Source: Minisyncoccia bacterium
Lineage (GTDB): Bacteria > Patescibacteriota > Minisyncoccia > Phycocordibacterales > UBA9973
Length of the DNA stretch: 64,000 bases
NCBI GenBank assembly: GCA_039809265.1
Contig: JBDHUR010000002.1
Coordinates: 15,461 to 79,460 of the forward strand
Direction: 5' to 3'
How positions within the stretch are numbered: position 1 is the first letter of the stretch; each line of letters starts with the position of its first letter. This document shows positions 1-9,709 of this stretch, one piece after another. The notes beneath the pieces were generated by a model. The model was given only the letters and a program-made list of their open reading frames with translations. It was not told the DNA's origin and searched no databases. The position numbers and the translations under genes were made by a program.

Positions 1-1
1 T

Positions 2-1090
2 GTAGACGGGGTATTACAAGATGCAGGTAAAATACCAAAAGAGCATTATGGCACCATTACCAATCGCATAAAAGTGGAAAGTCGCCTAAGGATAGATGAA
101 CATTTGGCTACGCAGGATGGATCTATGAGGTACGAGAAGGATGGCGTAGTGGTAGACTTACGTACTTCTATCGTGCCTACTGTAGAAGGGGAGAAAATAG
201 TTTTGCGTTTACTTTCCTCCTATATAGAAGGTCTAAATCTTGCTGAACTTGGTCTGTCTACTGTAAATCAAAAGATGCTTGAGACAGCAGCACAAAAGCC
301 GTTCGGGATGATTTTGGTCACCGGTCCCACAGGCTCTGGTAAAACGACCACCCTCTATTCTTTGCTTAAAATCTTGAATACTCCCTATACAAACATTACA
401 ACCATAGAAGATCCGGTAGAGTACAAAATTGCCGGTATAAACCAAATACAAGTAAATCCAGCAACCGACCTGACATTTGCTAGGGGTCTTCGTTCGATTG
501 TGCGGCAAGATCCGGACATAATACTTGTGGGAGAAATCCGTGACCAGGAAACGGTAGACATTTCTGTAAACGCTGCTTTGACCGGGCATTTACTCTTGTC
601 TACTTTCCACGCCAACAATGCTGCGACTGCTGTGCCGCGACTTCTGACAATGGGTGCCGAGCCGTTTCTGCTGTCTTCTACTATAGAGCTGGTCATAGCT
701 CAGCGTTTAGTACGCAAGATCTGCAATGCTTGCCGCTACAGCGTAACAAAATTGCCAAAAGATATGCCAAGCACAAATGTCGTAGAGAAATATATCGGCA
801 AGAAATTTACAATATACAAAGGCAAGGGCTGCAACATCTGCGGAGGCACTGGATACAAAGGCCGAACAGCAATTTTTGAATTTATAACTATGACCCAGGA
901 GATGAAGGATTTGGTCTTGAAATCTCCGTCTACTCAGGAAGTTTGGGCGCTTGCCGAGAAACAAGGCTCAAAGTCTCTTTTTGAAGATGGTATAGAGAAA
1001 GTAAAAAATGGCGTTACGACAATAGAAGAACTTTTGCGTGTGGCAGAGCCTATAGAAGACTCTGTAAGTAGAAGAAAAAAAACTAAATGA
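2..1090 (+). CDS. pilB: Type IV pilus/T2SS assembly ATPase (GspE/PilB family), 5'-truncated by window edge
   Basis: Walker A GPTGSGKTT, TIEDPVEY, RQDPDIILVGEIRD, LAQRLVR-like motif, CxxC pairs; frame is open from position 2 (VDGVLQ). Confidence 0.95.
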   Translation, partial: VDGVLQDAGKIPKEHYGTITNRIKVESRLRIDEHLATQDGSMRYEKDGVVVDLRTSIVPTVEGEKIVLRLLSSYIEGLNLAELGLSTVNQKMLETAAQKPFGMILVTGPTGSGKTTTLYSLLKILNTPYTNITTIEDPVEYKIAGINQIQVNPATDLTFARGLRSIVRQDPDIILVGEIRDQETVDISVNAALTGHLLLSTFHANNAATAVPRLLTMGAEPFLLSSTIELVIAQRLVRKICNACRYSVTKLPKDMPSTNVVEKYIGKKFTIYKGKGCNICGGTGYKGRTAIFEFITMTQEMKDLVLKSPSTQEVWALAEKQGSKSLFEDGIEKVKNGVTTIEELLRVAEPIEDSVSRRKKTK

Positions 1091-2190
1091 AAAAAGATGC
1101 CAAACAAAACAAGAATGACAAAATATCTTTCTCTCATTTCGGTATAGGTTCCGACAAGGATTTTTTTATTGAAAACTTGGGTTCATTGGCTGGGTCTGGC
1201 ATGAGTGTCTCGGATGCTTTGGCGACGCTTGAACACGATGCAAAAAGCTCTGCCATGAAAAAAATACTTGCTTTCGTGCGGGAGGAAGTAGATGCTGGTT
1301 CAAAACTTTCTGATGCCTTAGCTAAAACAGAACTTTTCCCAGACCATGTTGTGTCTCTCATAAATATAGGAGAGTCTTCCGGCAAGCTGGCAGAAAACTT
1401 GAAGGTGGCAGGACTAGAAGAAGCCAAGAATAGGGTTTTTCGCTCCAAGATCCGTTCCGCTATGGTGTATCCAGTTTTTGTGCTTGGGCTGGCAGCTGTT
1501 ATTGGTATCGGAATATCTTGGTTTATTTTGCCGAAGCTGGCAAGCATATTTTCACAGCTTCATTTGAAGCTTCCATTTTTGACTAAACTTTTGATATCCG
1601 CGGGGGAATTTTTGAAAGTCCACGGGTCAGTGTTTGTGCCGCTGGCTATTTTGGCTGTTGTTTTATTTTTTTATTTTGTATTCTTTTTTCGCAAAACGAA
1701 ATTCATTGGTCAGTACATACTTTTTTGTCTGCCAGCCATAAAGCGCCTTATACAGGAGGTAGAGCTTTCAAGGTTTGGCTACTTGCTTGGTACTTTGCTT
1801 GACGCCGGCTTACCGGTCACAGATGCGTTATTATGCCTGAAAGATGCTACTACTTTCCCGCATTACAAAAAGCTTTATACGTATCTGGTGTGTAGTATTT
1901 CAGAAGGGAATTCTTTCAGAGACAGTTTTGCTTCATACAAGGGTGTAGAGCGCATAGTACCGACTTCTGTCAAACAGCTTGTATCTACAGCAGAAATGTC
2001 CGGCACTCTCCCAAATACTTTGCTTGAGATCGGAAAAACTTATGAACAAAAGATAGAGACAACAACAAAAGACTTGTCTGTCATATTGGAACCAGTTCTA
2101 CTTGTTATCGTCTGGCTTGGTGTAGTTGGCCTAGCTTTAGCTGTGATCTTGCCTATCTATAGCTTGATAGGCGGACTGCAAACATCGTAA
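1087..2190 (+). CDS. pilC: Type IV pilus platform protein (GspF/PilC)
   Basis: Two T2SSF repeats (GESSGKL, AEMSGTL), SAMVYP, LEPVLL, three TM helices; follows pilB. Confidence 0.93.
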   Translation: MKKDAKQNKNDKISFSHFGIGSDKDFFIENLGSLAGSGMSVSDALATLEHDAKSSAMKKILAFVREEVDAGSKLSDALAKTELFPDHVVSLINIGESSGKLAENLKVAGLEEAKNRVFRSKIRSAMVYPVFVLGLAAVIGIGISWFILPKLASIFSQLHLKLPFLTKLLISAGEFLKVHGSVFVPLAILAVVLFFYFVFFFRKTKFIGQYILFCLPAIKRLIQEVELSRFGYLLGTLLDAGLPVTDALLCLKDATTFPHYKKLYTYLVCSISEGNSFRDSFASYKGVERIVPTSVKQLVSTAEMSGTLPNTLLEIGKTYEQKIETTTKDLSVILEPVLLVIVWLGVVGLALAVILPIYSLIGGLQTS

Positions 2191-2627
2191 TGTCTCGTGG
2201 TTTTACAATGGTGGAGATGCTTTTGTCTATTGCTGTTATTGCTCTTATAACTGCTATCTCCATACCTGTATATCAGCAATTTCAGACAAGGAATAATTTG
2301 GATATTACCACAAGCAACGTAGTGCAAAGTCTGCGCCGAGCCATGATATTTTCCCAGGCTGACAAAGCCGGAGACTGGTGGAGTGTACGCATCTTGCCAG
2401 ACCAAGTTGTGATTTATAAAGGCATCACTTTTGGATTGCGGGATACTTCGTATGACGAGTCTATAGAAATCCCAAAAGGGATAACTCCAAGCGGAATGAA
2501 CAACATAAGTTTTCGGCGTGTTAGCGGAGTTCCTTTCACTACAGATCTTAAGCCAATAGTTCTTACTTCATACAGCAATGAAACCAGGACAATAACAATA
2601 AATGAAAAAGGCACAATATCATATTGA
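2190..2627 (+). CDS. Minor pilin (FimT/GspH-like)
   Basis: Class III signal RG|FTMVEMLL. Confidence 0.88.
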   Translation: MSRGFTMVEMLLSIAVIALITAISIPVYQQFQTRNNLDITTSNVVQSLRRAMIFSQADKAGDWWSVRILPDQVVIYKGITFGLRDTSYDESIEIPKGITPSGMNNISFRRVSGVPFTTDLKPIVLTSYSNETRTITINEKGTISY

Positions 2628-4017
2628 ATATAAAAAAGGTTTTTCTTTGGTGGAAGCTTTACTTGCTTCAGCGGTTTTTGCGTTGCTTGCTATGGCTGTG
2701 GTTGGGTCGTATTTGTACGGGCAAGAGTCTACCGCACTTTCCGGCAATAGAGCTAAGGCCGTGTATTTAGCGGAAGAAGGATTGGAAGCAGTACGCAATA
2801 TACGCGATGCAGACTTTGCAAATCTTTCTGACGGGACTTTCGGTTTGTCTTCTTCTGCCGACCATTGGTCTTTTTCTGGGTCTTCCGACGCCAATGATAT
2901 TTTTACTCGGAATGTAACTATATCAACCGTAGATCAAAACAGAAAGATGGTTAACTCAACTGTGACCTGGCAGCAAAATGGCCAGCGAAACGGTCGAGTT
3001 TCTTTGGTTACATATCTTACATATTGGCAGAAGCTTGGACTGGGAGATTGGGCGGCACCTTTTCTGGAAGGGTTCTTGGATATACCAGGTACGCAATATT
3101 ACCTAGGAAAACTTCAAGTCTCAGGTAACTATGTATACGCTACAAGAGCTGGTTCGGCTTCACCAAACTTTTTTGTGATAGACGTTTCGGATACTACATC
3201 GCCTACAGTTGTTGGCAGTCTGACAATACCTTCCATACCGATCAATGTCTTTATAGATGGAAACTATGCATATGTTACAAGCTCAAACAGCAGTGCAGAG
3301 CTAAACATTGTAGATATTTCCAATCCATCTGCGCCGTCTATCGTAGCGAGCTTCAATGCCCCAGGGTCCTTATCTGCTCAAGGTGTGTATGTGACGGGTG
3401 GCAAGGCTTACCTTGTAGGGACTGTGAATGCAGGTCAAGGATTTTGTATTGTAGATGTTTCAAACCCGCTTGCGCCCGCACTACTTGGCACTACCGGACT
3501 AAACAGTGCTATGGGTTTTGAAGTTGTGGTTTCTAGTAACTACGCTTATGTTGCCTCAGAACATAATTCTCAGGAGATTCAAGTTATAGATATTACAAAT
3601 CCTGCTGCGCCAATATTTGCTGGCAGTTTAAATTTGCCGACAAATGACGATGCCAAGGCTATATCAATATACGGAGATACTCTATTGGTTGGGCAAGGTT
3701 CAAAATTGCAAGTTGTTTCTGTGGCAAATCCGACCTCGCCTTCTCTGCTGGGTGCTGTTTCAGCTACAAGTGCTATAAATGATATAGCTCTAGATCTGGG
3801 TAATTCCGGCAAGTATGTATTCCTTGGCACAGATGAAAGTGCTTTTGAGTTTAAGATTGCAGATATCACAGACCCAGCCGCGCCAGTTATACTTGGCAAG
3901 TATAATATTACAGGCAATACAAGTATTCGTGGTATAGCTTACGATCCGGATAAAGACAGAGTTTTTGCTGGCGGGTCGGCAACTGCCCAAGAATTTTCTG
4001 TCTTCAAACCTCAATAA
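2602..4017 (+). CDS. Prepilin fused to LVIVD-repeat beta-propeller (putative tip adhesin)
   Basis: KG|FSLVEAL, then repeats such as GNYAYV...LNIVDISNPSAP. Confidence 0.85.
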   Translation: MKKAQYHIEYKKGFSLVEALLASAVFALLAMAVVGSYLYGQESTALSGNRAKAVYLAEEGLEAVRNIRDADFANLSDGTFGLSSSADHWSFSGSSDANDIFTRNVTISTVDQNRKMVNSTVTWQQNGQRNGRVSLVTYLTYWQKLGLGDWAAPFLEGFLDIPGTQYYLGKLQVSGNYVYATRAGSASPNFFVIDVSDTTSPTVVGSLTIPSIPINVFIDGNYAYVTSSNSSAELNIVDISNPSAPSIVASFNAPGSLSAQGVYVTGGKAYLVGTVNAGQGFCIVDVSNPLAPALLGTTGLNSAMGFEVVVSSNYAYVASEHNSQEIQVIDITNPAAPIFAGSLNLPTNDDAKAISIYGDTLLVGQGSKLQVVSVANPTSPSLLGAVSATSAINDIALDLGNSGKYVFLGTDESAFEFKIADITDPAAPVILGKYNITGNTSIRGIAYDPDKDRVFAGGSATAQEFSVFKPQ

Positions 4018-4021
4018 TAAT

Positions 4022-4603
4022 ATGACAAAACAAAGAGCACAATTACAAAAAGGTTTTACATTGGTTGAACTTCTGCTTTATCTTTCATTGACGGCTATCA
4101 TACTTACTGCATCTTCTGTATTCATCCAGTTCGTTTTGGAAGCTAGGATAAAAAATCAGGTCATAAGAGAAGTAGACTCAAATGGTCAGCTAGCAATGGA
4201 ATACATCGCTAGGACTATAGCGAACGCAGAGACAATAGAAATATCTTCACGCAGTGCAGCTATGGCAGTTATGACAGCAGTAGGTTTAGAGGCTACAACT
4301 GTTACACCCGCGGCACAGTTCGACAGCACAGAGTCTTTAACTTTAACAAACTTTCCGCCAACTGTATCTCCTGTAACTTTTAGTCTATCTGAGGGTGTAT
4401 TGCAGGTGCAGGAAGGAGATGATAAGCCAGTTGCGCTTACAAATAACAAAGTTTCAGTAGGCAAATTGAATTTTCAAAACCTTTCCATCAGGGGTACACC
4501 TGGTATTATAAAGATCAGCTTTGTTGTTTCTTATGTAAATCAAACAGGCAGATCGGAGTATTCATTCTCGCGGTCGTTTACAACTTCAGCAGCTTTGCGA
4601 TAA
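4022..4603 (+). CDS. Minor pilin (PilW/GspJ-like)
   Basis: KG|FTLVELL; ATG 4022 preferred over upstream TTG. Confidence 0.85.
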   Translation: MTKQRAQLQKGFTLVELLLYLSLTAIILTASSVFIQFVLEARIKNQVIREVDSNGQLAMEYIARTIANAETIEISSRSAAMAVMTAVGLEATTVTPAAQFDSTESLTLTNFPPTVSPVTFSLSEGVLQVQEGDDKPVALTNNKVSVGKLNFQNLSIRGTPGIIKISFVVSYVNQTGRSEYSFSRSFTTSAALR

Positions 4604-5043
4604 TGTTAAAAGTTATGCACAATAGACTAAATCCAGAGTTTAACAATCCTTGGTATAATACCGGCAGAGGGTACGTGACTTTGCTCTCTGTTATCATTGT
4701 TGGCGCAGTGGCCATAGCTGTGACAGTTTCCATACTTTTGACTGGTACTATCACAACACAAAACAGCCTTATGTTCATTCAGTCAAACCAAGCACAAGCC
4801 TTGTCGCACGCATGTGCTGAGGAAGGTTTGCAGAAAATACGCGAGCAGACATATTTCTCTGGTACAGGTGGACTCACTTTTGGATCAGGAACTTGTACTT
4901 ATAATGTAGTCAATCTGGGTGGTACAGACAGAAATATAGTCACGGAAGGCAAAGTCGGTGATGTAGTAAGGAGGGAATTTGTAAACATTACAAATATAAA
5001 TCCCACGATAGACGTCGTGTCGTGGCAAGAAGTCGAAAGTTAA
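4603..5043 (+). CDS. Minor pilin (PilX-like, no Glu5)
   Basis: RG|YVTLLSVIIV; A..ACAEEGL motif. Confidence 0.75.
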   Translation: MLKVMHNRLNPEFNNPWYNTGRGYVTLLSVIIVGAVAIAVTVSILLTGTITTQNSLMFIQSNQAQALSHACAEEGLQKIREQTYFSGTGGLTFGSGTCTYNVVNLGGTDRNIVTEGKVGDVVRREFVNITNINPTIDVVSWQEVES

Positions 5044-5058
5044 TTTTATAAATTTTTT

Positions 5059-5493
5059 ATGAATAAAAAAAAAGGTTTTACTCTTATAGAAATTTTGCTG
5101 GTGGTTGCAGCCATCGCTATCTTGGCGGGAATTGTGATTATAGCTATCAATCCACAGAAGCAGCTGGGCGACACTAGGAACACACAGCGTCGTGCGGATG
5201 TGAACACTATCTTGAATGCAGTTTATCAGTACACTATAGACAACAATATTTTGCCTGCAAACATTTCTACATCAGAGATGGAAATTTGCAAGACAGTAAA
5301 CACATCTTGCTCTGGGCTTGTAGACCTTTCGGTTCTTACAACCAATGAAAAGTATTTGACTGCTATACCATCTGACCCAAATGCCACAAACCCAAATGGT
5401 GTTGGGTACAGGATTGTGAAAACCGTAAATGGACGCATAACTGTTTCTGCTCCAAATGCTGAAAACGGCGCAACTATAACAGTGACAAGATAA
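5059..5493 (+). CDS. Type IV pilin (probable major pilin)
   Basis: KKG|FTLIEILLVVAAIAILA, INP, RNTQRRAD, YLTAIPSDP. Confidence 0.9.
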   Translation: MNKKKGFTLIEILLVVAAIAILAGIVIIAINPQKQLGDTRNTQRRADVNTILNAVYQYTIDNNILPANISTSEMEICKTVNTSCSGLVDLSVLTTNEKYLTAIPSDPNATNPNGVGYRIVKTVNGRITVSAPNAENGATITVTR

Positions 5494-5504
5494 TTAGATT
5501 TTAT

Positions 5505-6695
5505 ATGGACAGCGAGCACGGCAGGAAAATTGAAGATCTTGCGAGCCGTGTGCAAACTCTGGAGGAATCTCTAGCTCGCGAAGAACGCAAGACAAATGTG
5601 ATTTTCTCTTCTATGACAGAAGGGCTTGTTGGCGTGGATGCCGAGTACAATGTAGTGCTTATGAACCAGGCTGCTTCTATCATGCTTCGCGTTGCCGAGG
5701 GCGATGCAAAGGGCAAGTCTGTCTTTGATGTGATGCCGCTTTATAAGAATGGACAAATGCTTGCCAAAGAAGAGTCCCCTATATATCAAGCTCTCTCTGG
5801 GCAGACCATAGTGCGATTGTACCCGTATAATAATATTTCTATAAAAGAAAAAGATGCTCTGAAAAATGAATTACCTGTAGTTCTTTCAGCTACATCTTTT
5901 CTTGGGCGTGATGCTACGCTCGGTATTGCTGGTATTGTAATGTTTCGCAACATCTCCGGCGAAAAAGCCGTGGATAGGGCAAAGACTGAATTTGTCTCAT
6001 TGGCGGCACACCAGCTGCGGACACCTTTGTCTACCATTGGCTGGTACGCAGAAATGCTTTTAGACGGAGACGCGGGGGAAATAAATGAAGATCAGAAATC
6101 TTATATTTCACAGATCTATGAGAGCAACAAGCGCATGGTGGCGTTGGTGAACGATCTTCTGAATGTTTCTCGCGTAGACTTGGGTACTTTCCAAGTAAAC
6201 CCAGTGCCGACAGATTTTAAGGATATTGTGGAAAGTTTGGAAACAGAACTACGGCAGAGTATAGAAGCGAAAAAGCAAAAGTTTGTGAAGAAGATAGATG
6301 CGAGTTTGCCTGTTATCTCTGCGGATCCGACACTTTCCCGCATGGTTATCCAAAACTTGCTGACAAATGCCATAAAGTATACTCCAGATAATGGCGTGAT
6401 AGAGGTAGAACTTTCTGTAGAAAATGCAGATTTGGTGATAAAAGTGAAGGACAACGGATATGGTATTCCAGACGCGGATCAAGGCAAAATGTTTACCAAA
6501 CTTTACCGTGCAAGCAATGTAATAGATAAAGTTACAGATGGCAACGGGCTTGGCCTGTATGTGATAAAAAACATTGTAGAGCAGTCTGGCGGCACAATAT
6601 CTTTTGAATCAAAAGAAAACCAGGGCACAACTTTTACTGTGACTATACCTCTCTCTGGCATGAAAGCTAAAGATGGATCAAAACCACTGACTTGA
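5505..6695 (+). CDS. Cytoplasmic PAS-domain sensor histidine kinase
   Basis: H-box AHQLRTPL, N-box NLLTNAIKY, DNGYGI, GNGLGL; PAS-like N-terminus, no TM. Confidence 0.92.
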   Translation: MDSEHGRKIEDLASRVQTLEESLAREERKTNVIFSSMTEGLVGVDAEYNVVLMNQAASIMLRVAEGDAKGKSVFDVMPLYKNGQMLAKEESPIYQALSGQTIVRLYPYNNISIKEKDALKNELPVVLSATSFLGRDATLGIAGIVMFRNISGEKAVDRAKTEFVSLAAHQLRTPLSTIGWYAEMLLDGDAGEINEDQKSYISQIYESNKRMVALVNDLLNVSRVDLGTFQVNPVPTDFKDIVESLETELRQSIEAKKQKFVKKIDASLPVISADPTLSRMVIQNLLTNAIKYTPDNGVIEVELSVENADLVIKVKDNGYGIPDADQGKMFTKLYRASNVIDKVTDGNGLGLYVIKNIVEQSGGTISFESKENQGTTFTVTIPLSGMKAKDGSKPLT

Positions 6696-6719
6696 AATAT
6701 ATTAAAAAATAAACACTAC

Positions 6720-6786
6720 AAAATCCCCCCGCCAAAAGTAAACTTTTGGCGGGGGGATTTTGTATCCCAAAGTTTTCCACTTGCCA
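6720..6786. repeat. Dispersed ~65-bp palindrome-containing repeat, copy 1 (terminator + TTTTCCAC + TTGCCA)
   Basis: Near-identical to 29808-29872; perfect 23-bp inverted arms at 6717-6739/6742-6764. Confidence 0.9.
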
Positions 6787-6811
6787 TCCGCTGGGGGGGG
6801 GGGGGTACACT
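6781..6811 (+). promoter_or_regulatory. sigma70-like promoter with G13 tract in spacer
   Basis: TTGCCA-19 nt-TACACT; G13 at 6793-6805. Confidence 0.55.
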
Positions 6812-6853
6812 TAGGTTGTGTCTTTGTTTAATTATCATTTTAATAATTTTGTT

Positions 6854-7264
6854 ATGGAAAACAATAATAATAAAAAGAGTAGCAATAGTAGTTTACTTAT
6901 TGCAGTGCTATGTTTAATAATAGGTCTTCTAGTGGGTACATTCTTCCTGCCTGGCAAGATTAATGTTACTGACCAACAAGGAGCAGCATTGGAGTCAAAA
7001 CAGGCAGATACGTTGTTTGGTTCTTATGACTCAAAAGTTGATTCAAAAAAATATGAACTCAATCTTGAACAGAGCGAGAAATTAAACAATACTTTATCTG
7101 ATGTATTTTTAAAATTTGCTAAAGATAACAATCTTTTTGAAATTACTAGCGACCCTCTCGAATGGAAATATATGTGTTTTATTTTTGGTAATGGTGGTCC
7201 AAATTTTGTTTACTACTCAAATACTTATCTTGCCGGAAATTGTGTCCATATAAGTTATTATTAA
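6854..7264 (+). CDS. Membrane-anchored orphan protein, QxAAS-motif family
   Basis: N-terminal TM, then QQGAALES; C-terminal Cys pair; ATG 6854 preferred start. Confidence 0.75.
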   Translation: MENNNNKKSSNSSLLIAVLCLIIGLLVGTFFLPGKINVTDQQGAALESKQADTLFGSYDSKVDSKKYELNLEQSEKLNNTLSDVFLKFAKDNNLFEITSDPLEWKYMCFIFGNGGPNFVYYSNTYLAGNCVHISYY

Positions 7265-7323
7265 AATAGAACCTCATTTTAACAGGGTTTTATTTTAAAG
7301 TATTTTTATGTTACCATGTCTTC

Positions 7324-7605
7324 ATGACTATGGAAGATGTAAACAAGCTATCTAGTTTGGCAAGGATAGAGATGTCAAACGAAGAAAAGGCTGAATTCCT
7401 TGAGAACATGCAGTCTATTTTGGGCTATGTAGATCAGATAAAAAATGCTGATATTGACGGAGTGGATAGGGAAGTTGGGACTGTCAGGAATGTCTTGCGT
7501 GAAGATGGAAATATAAATCAAAGAGGTGCATATACAGAGAAGATTTTGGCGCAGATGCCAGAGACAGAAAATGGATTTTTGAAAGTAAAACAGATCTTGT
7601 CATGA
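7324..7605 (+). CDS. gatC: Asp/Glu-tRNA amidotransferase subunit C
   Basis: LARIE...ILGYVDQI...NVLRED...GFLKV; precedes gatA. Confidence 0.93.
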   Translation: MTMEDVNKLSSLARIEMSNEEKAEFLENMQSILGYVDQIKNADIDGVDREVGTVRNVLREDGNINQRGAYTEKILAQMPETENGFLKVKQILS

Positions 7606-9020
7606 TAAATCTTTCTGATCTCACAATAGAAAAAGCACAAAAGTCTTTGGTCTCTGGCGAATATACTGCTCGCGAGCTGGCACAAGCATACTTAGGTGCG
7701 ATAAAAGAGAAAAATATTGACATAAATGCATACCTTGAAGTTTTTGACGATGTTTTGGCTCAGGCAGATATTGCTGATTTGCGTATCAAATCTGGCAATG
7801 CCACAGAGCTCACGGGCATCCCTTTTGCGATAAAAGACAACATCTTGATAGAAGGCAAACACGCTAGTGCTTCTTCTAAAATGCTAGAGAACTATGTTGC
7901 AACTTACGATGCTTCTGTCATCAAACTTTTGAAGGATGCCGGCGCTGTATTTCTGGGTAGGACAAATATGGATGAGTTTGCCATGGGCTCTTCTACTCAG
8001 ACTTCTGCGTTTGGTATTACGAAAAATCCCGTAGATACTTCTCGTGTCCCAGGAGGTTCTTCAGGCGGTTCAGCAGCGGCTGTTGCAGGAGGTATGGCGC
8101 TAGTTGCTCTTGGTACAGAAACTTGTGGATCAGTACGCCAGCCGGCGGCATTTTGCGGGCTTGTTGGGCTGAAGCCGACATACGGTGCACTTTCTAGAAA
8201 TGGTTTGATCGCTATGGGCAACTCGCTGGACCAGCCTGCGCCTTTTTCTAAAACAGTTTCTGAAAGCGAAATTATTTTCAAAGTGCTTGCGAAACATGAT
8301 CCGCAGGATTCAACTTCTGTGCCAGAGGATTTGCGTTTGGTAAATACCGGTAATAAAGACGGGAAAAAGATCGGTGTGCCGCGCAGTTTCTTGAAGCAAG
8401 GCTTGGATAAAGAAGTGGAAGCAAACTTCAATAGTTCTCTAGAGAAGTTGAAAAGCATCGGGTATGAGATAGTAGACCTAGAAATGCCAGACTTAGATTA
8501 TTCTTTAGCTGTGTACTATATCATCATGCCGGCAGAAGTTTCCACAAATCTCTCCCGCTTTGACGGCATACGATACGGGTATCATGCAGATGGTAAAAAT
8601 TTGCTAGAAGTGTATATGAAGAGTCGCGGTACCGGCTTTGGCAAGGAAGCTAGGCGCAGAATACTTCTAGGTACATATGTACTTTCCCATGGATACTATG
8701 ATGCATACTACAACAAGGCTGTTTTACTTCGCGACAAGATTGCTCGGCAAATATCTGAAGCGTTCAAAAAAGTGGACTACATACTTACGCCAACAGTTCC
8801 TTCGCCGGCATTCAAGATTGGCGAGAAGATGGATGACCCAGTAGCCATGTACTTGTGCGATATTTTTTCTGCACCAGCAAACTTGGCTGGAGTTCCGTCT
8901 ATAGCAGTGCCGTCTGGCAATACAAATACCGGACTTCCAATGTCCATCCAGTTTATGGCTCCGCATTTCAGGGAAGATTCACTCTTTGAAGTTGGAAAGG
9001 CTTTTGAAAATGTGAGATAA
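7602..9020 (+). CDS. gatA: Asp/Glu-tRNA amidotransferase subunit A
   Basis: Amidase signature GGSSGGSAAAV, TNMDEFAMGSS, RRILLGTYVLS. Confidence 0.97.
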   Translation: MINLSDLTIEKAQKSLVSGEYTARELAQAYLGAIKEKNIDINAYLEVFDDVLAQADIADLRIKSGNATELTGIPFAIKDNILIEGKHASASSKMLENYVATYDASVIKLLKDAGAVFLGRTNMDEFAMGSSTQTSAFGITKNPVDTSRVPGGSSGGSAAAVAGGMALVALGTETCGSVRQPAAFCGLVGLKPTYGALSRNGLIAMGNSLDQPAPFSKTVSESEIIFKVLAKHDPQDSTSVPEDLRLVNTGNKDGKKIGVPRSFLKQGLDKEVEANFNSSLEKLKSIGYEIVDLEMPDLDYSLAVYYIIMPAEVSTNLSRFDGIRYGYHADGKNLLEVYMKSRGTGFGKEARRRILLGTYVLSHGYYDAYYNKAVLLRDKIARQISEAFKKVDYILTPTVPSPAFKIGEKMDDPVAMYLCDIFSAPANLAGVPSIAVPSGNTNTGLPMSIQFMAPHFREDSLFEVGKAFENVR

Positions 9021-9027
9021 TGAAAGT

Positions 9028-9624
9028 ATGGAATCTCCAACAGGAGGCATACATTGGTTCAATCTTGAATATCTTTTTTCTCGCATTGTAAACCTTATCG
9101 CATCCATCTTTGACTGGCTGACAAGCAGCTCAGGCAATTTCACTTTCGGATGGTTTTTCATTTTACTTAAAATCTTGGCAGCAATACTTGTACTTGTCTT
9201 TATCGGAGTCATCGTCTACAGTATCATGGGCATACTAAAATTGCGCGAAGAAGAACATCATGAGGTGCACCATACGATAGAGGCTATGCAAGAAGAGCCG
9301 GAAGTTTCTAAAAATCCTCGCTGGCAAGTAGTAGAGAAGCACATAGAGTCTGAAAATCCTTCCGACTGGAAGCTAGCTATCATAGAAGCAGACTTGATAT
9401 TGGAAGAAATGCTGGACGAAGCAGGGTACGAAGGGGAAACTATAGGCGAGAAACTTCGAAATGCCGAGGAGGCCGGCTTTAAAACTTTGGGCTATGCCCG
9501 CGAAGCTCATGCTGTCCGTAACCAGATAGCCCACCAAGGGTCTGAGTTTGCCATTTCTAAAACAAAGGCTCACCGCACAATAGACCAGTACAAAGACGTA
9601 TTTGTAGAGTTTGACTATATATAG
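9028..9624 (+). CDS. Hypothetical membrane protein
   Basis: TM helix, then WKLAIIEADLIL...GETIGEKL...AHAVRNQIAH helical domain. Confidence 0.75.
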   Translation: MESPTGGIHWFNLEYLFSRIVNLIASIFDWLTSSSGNFTFGWFFILLKILAAILVLVFIGVIVYSIMGILKLREEEHHEVHHTIEAMQEEPEVSKNPRWQVVEKHIESENPSDWKLAIIEADLILEEMLDEAGYEGETIGEKLRNAEEAGFKTLGYAREAHAVRNQIAHQGSEFAISKTKAHRTIDQYKDVFVEFDYI

Positions 9625-9709
9625 GTTTTCCACAAGATTTGAAAATTGCCGATTGTAAAAATGCTAGAATATAACCATAAGTAATTTTAAAAATCTAACC
9701 TAAATTTTT

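Noticed and set aside
6720-6786. Integron attC site
   Set aside because: Lacks RYYYAAC...GTTRRRY ends and extrahelical bases; no intI in the window
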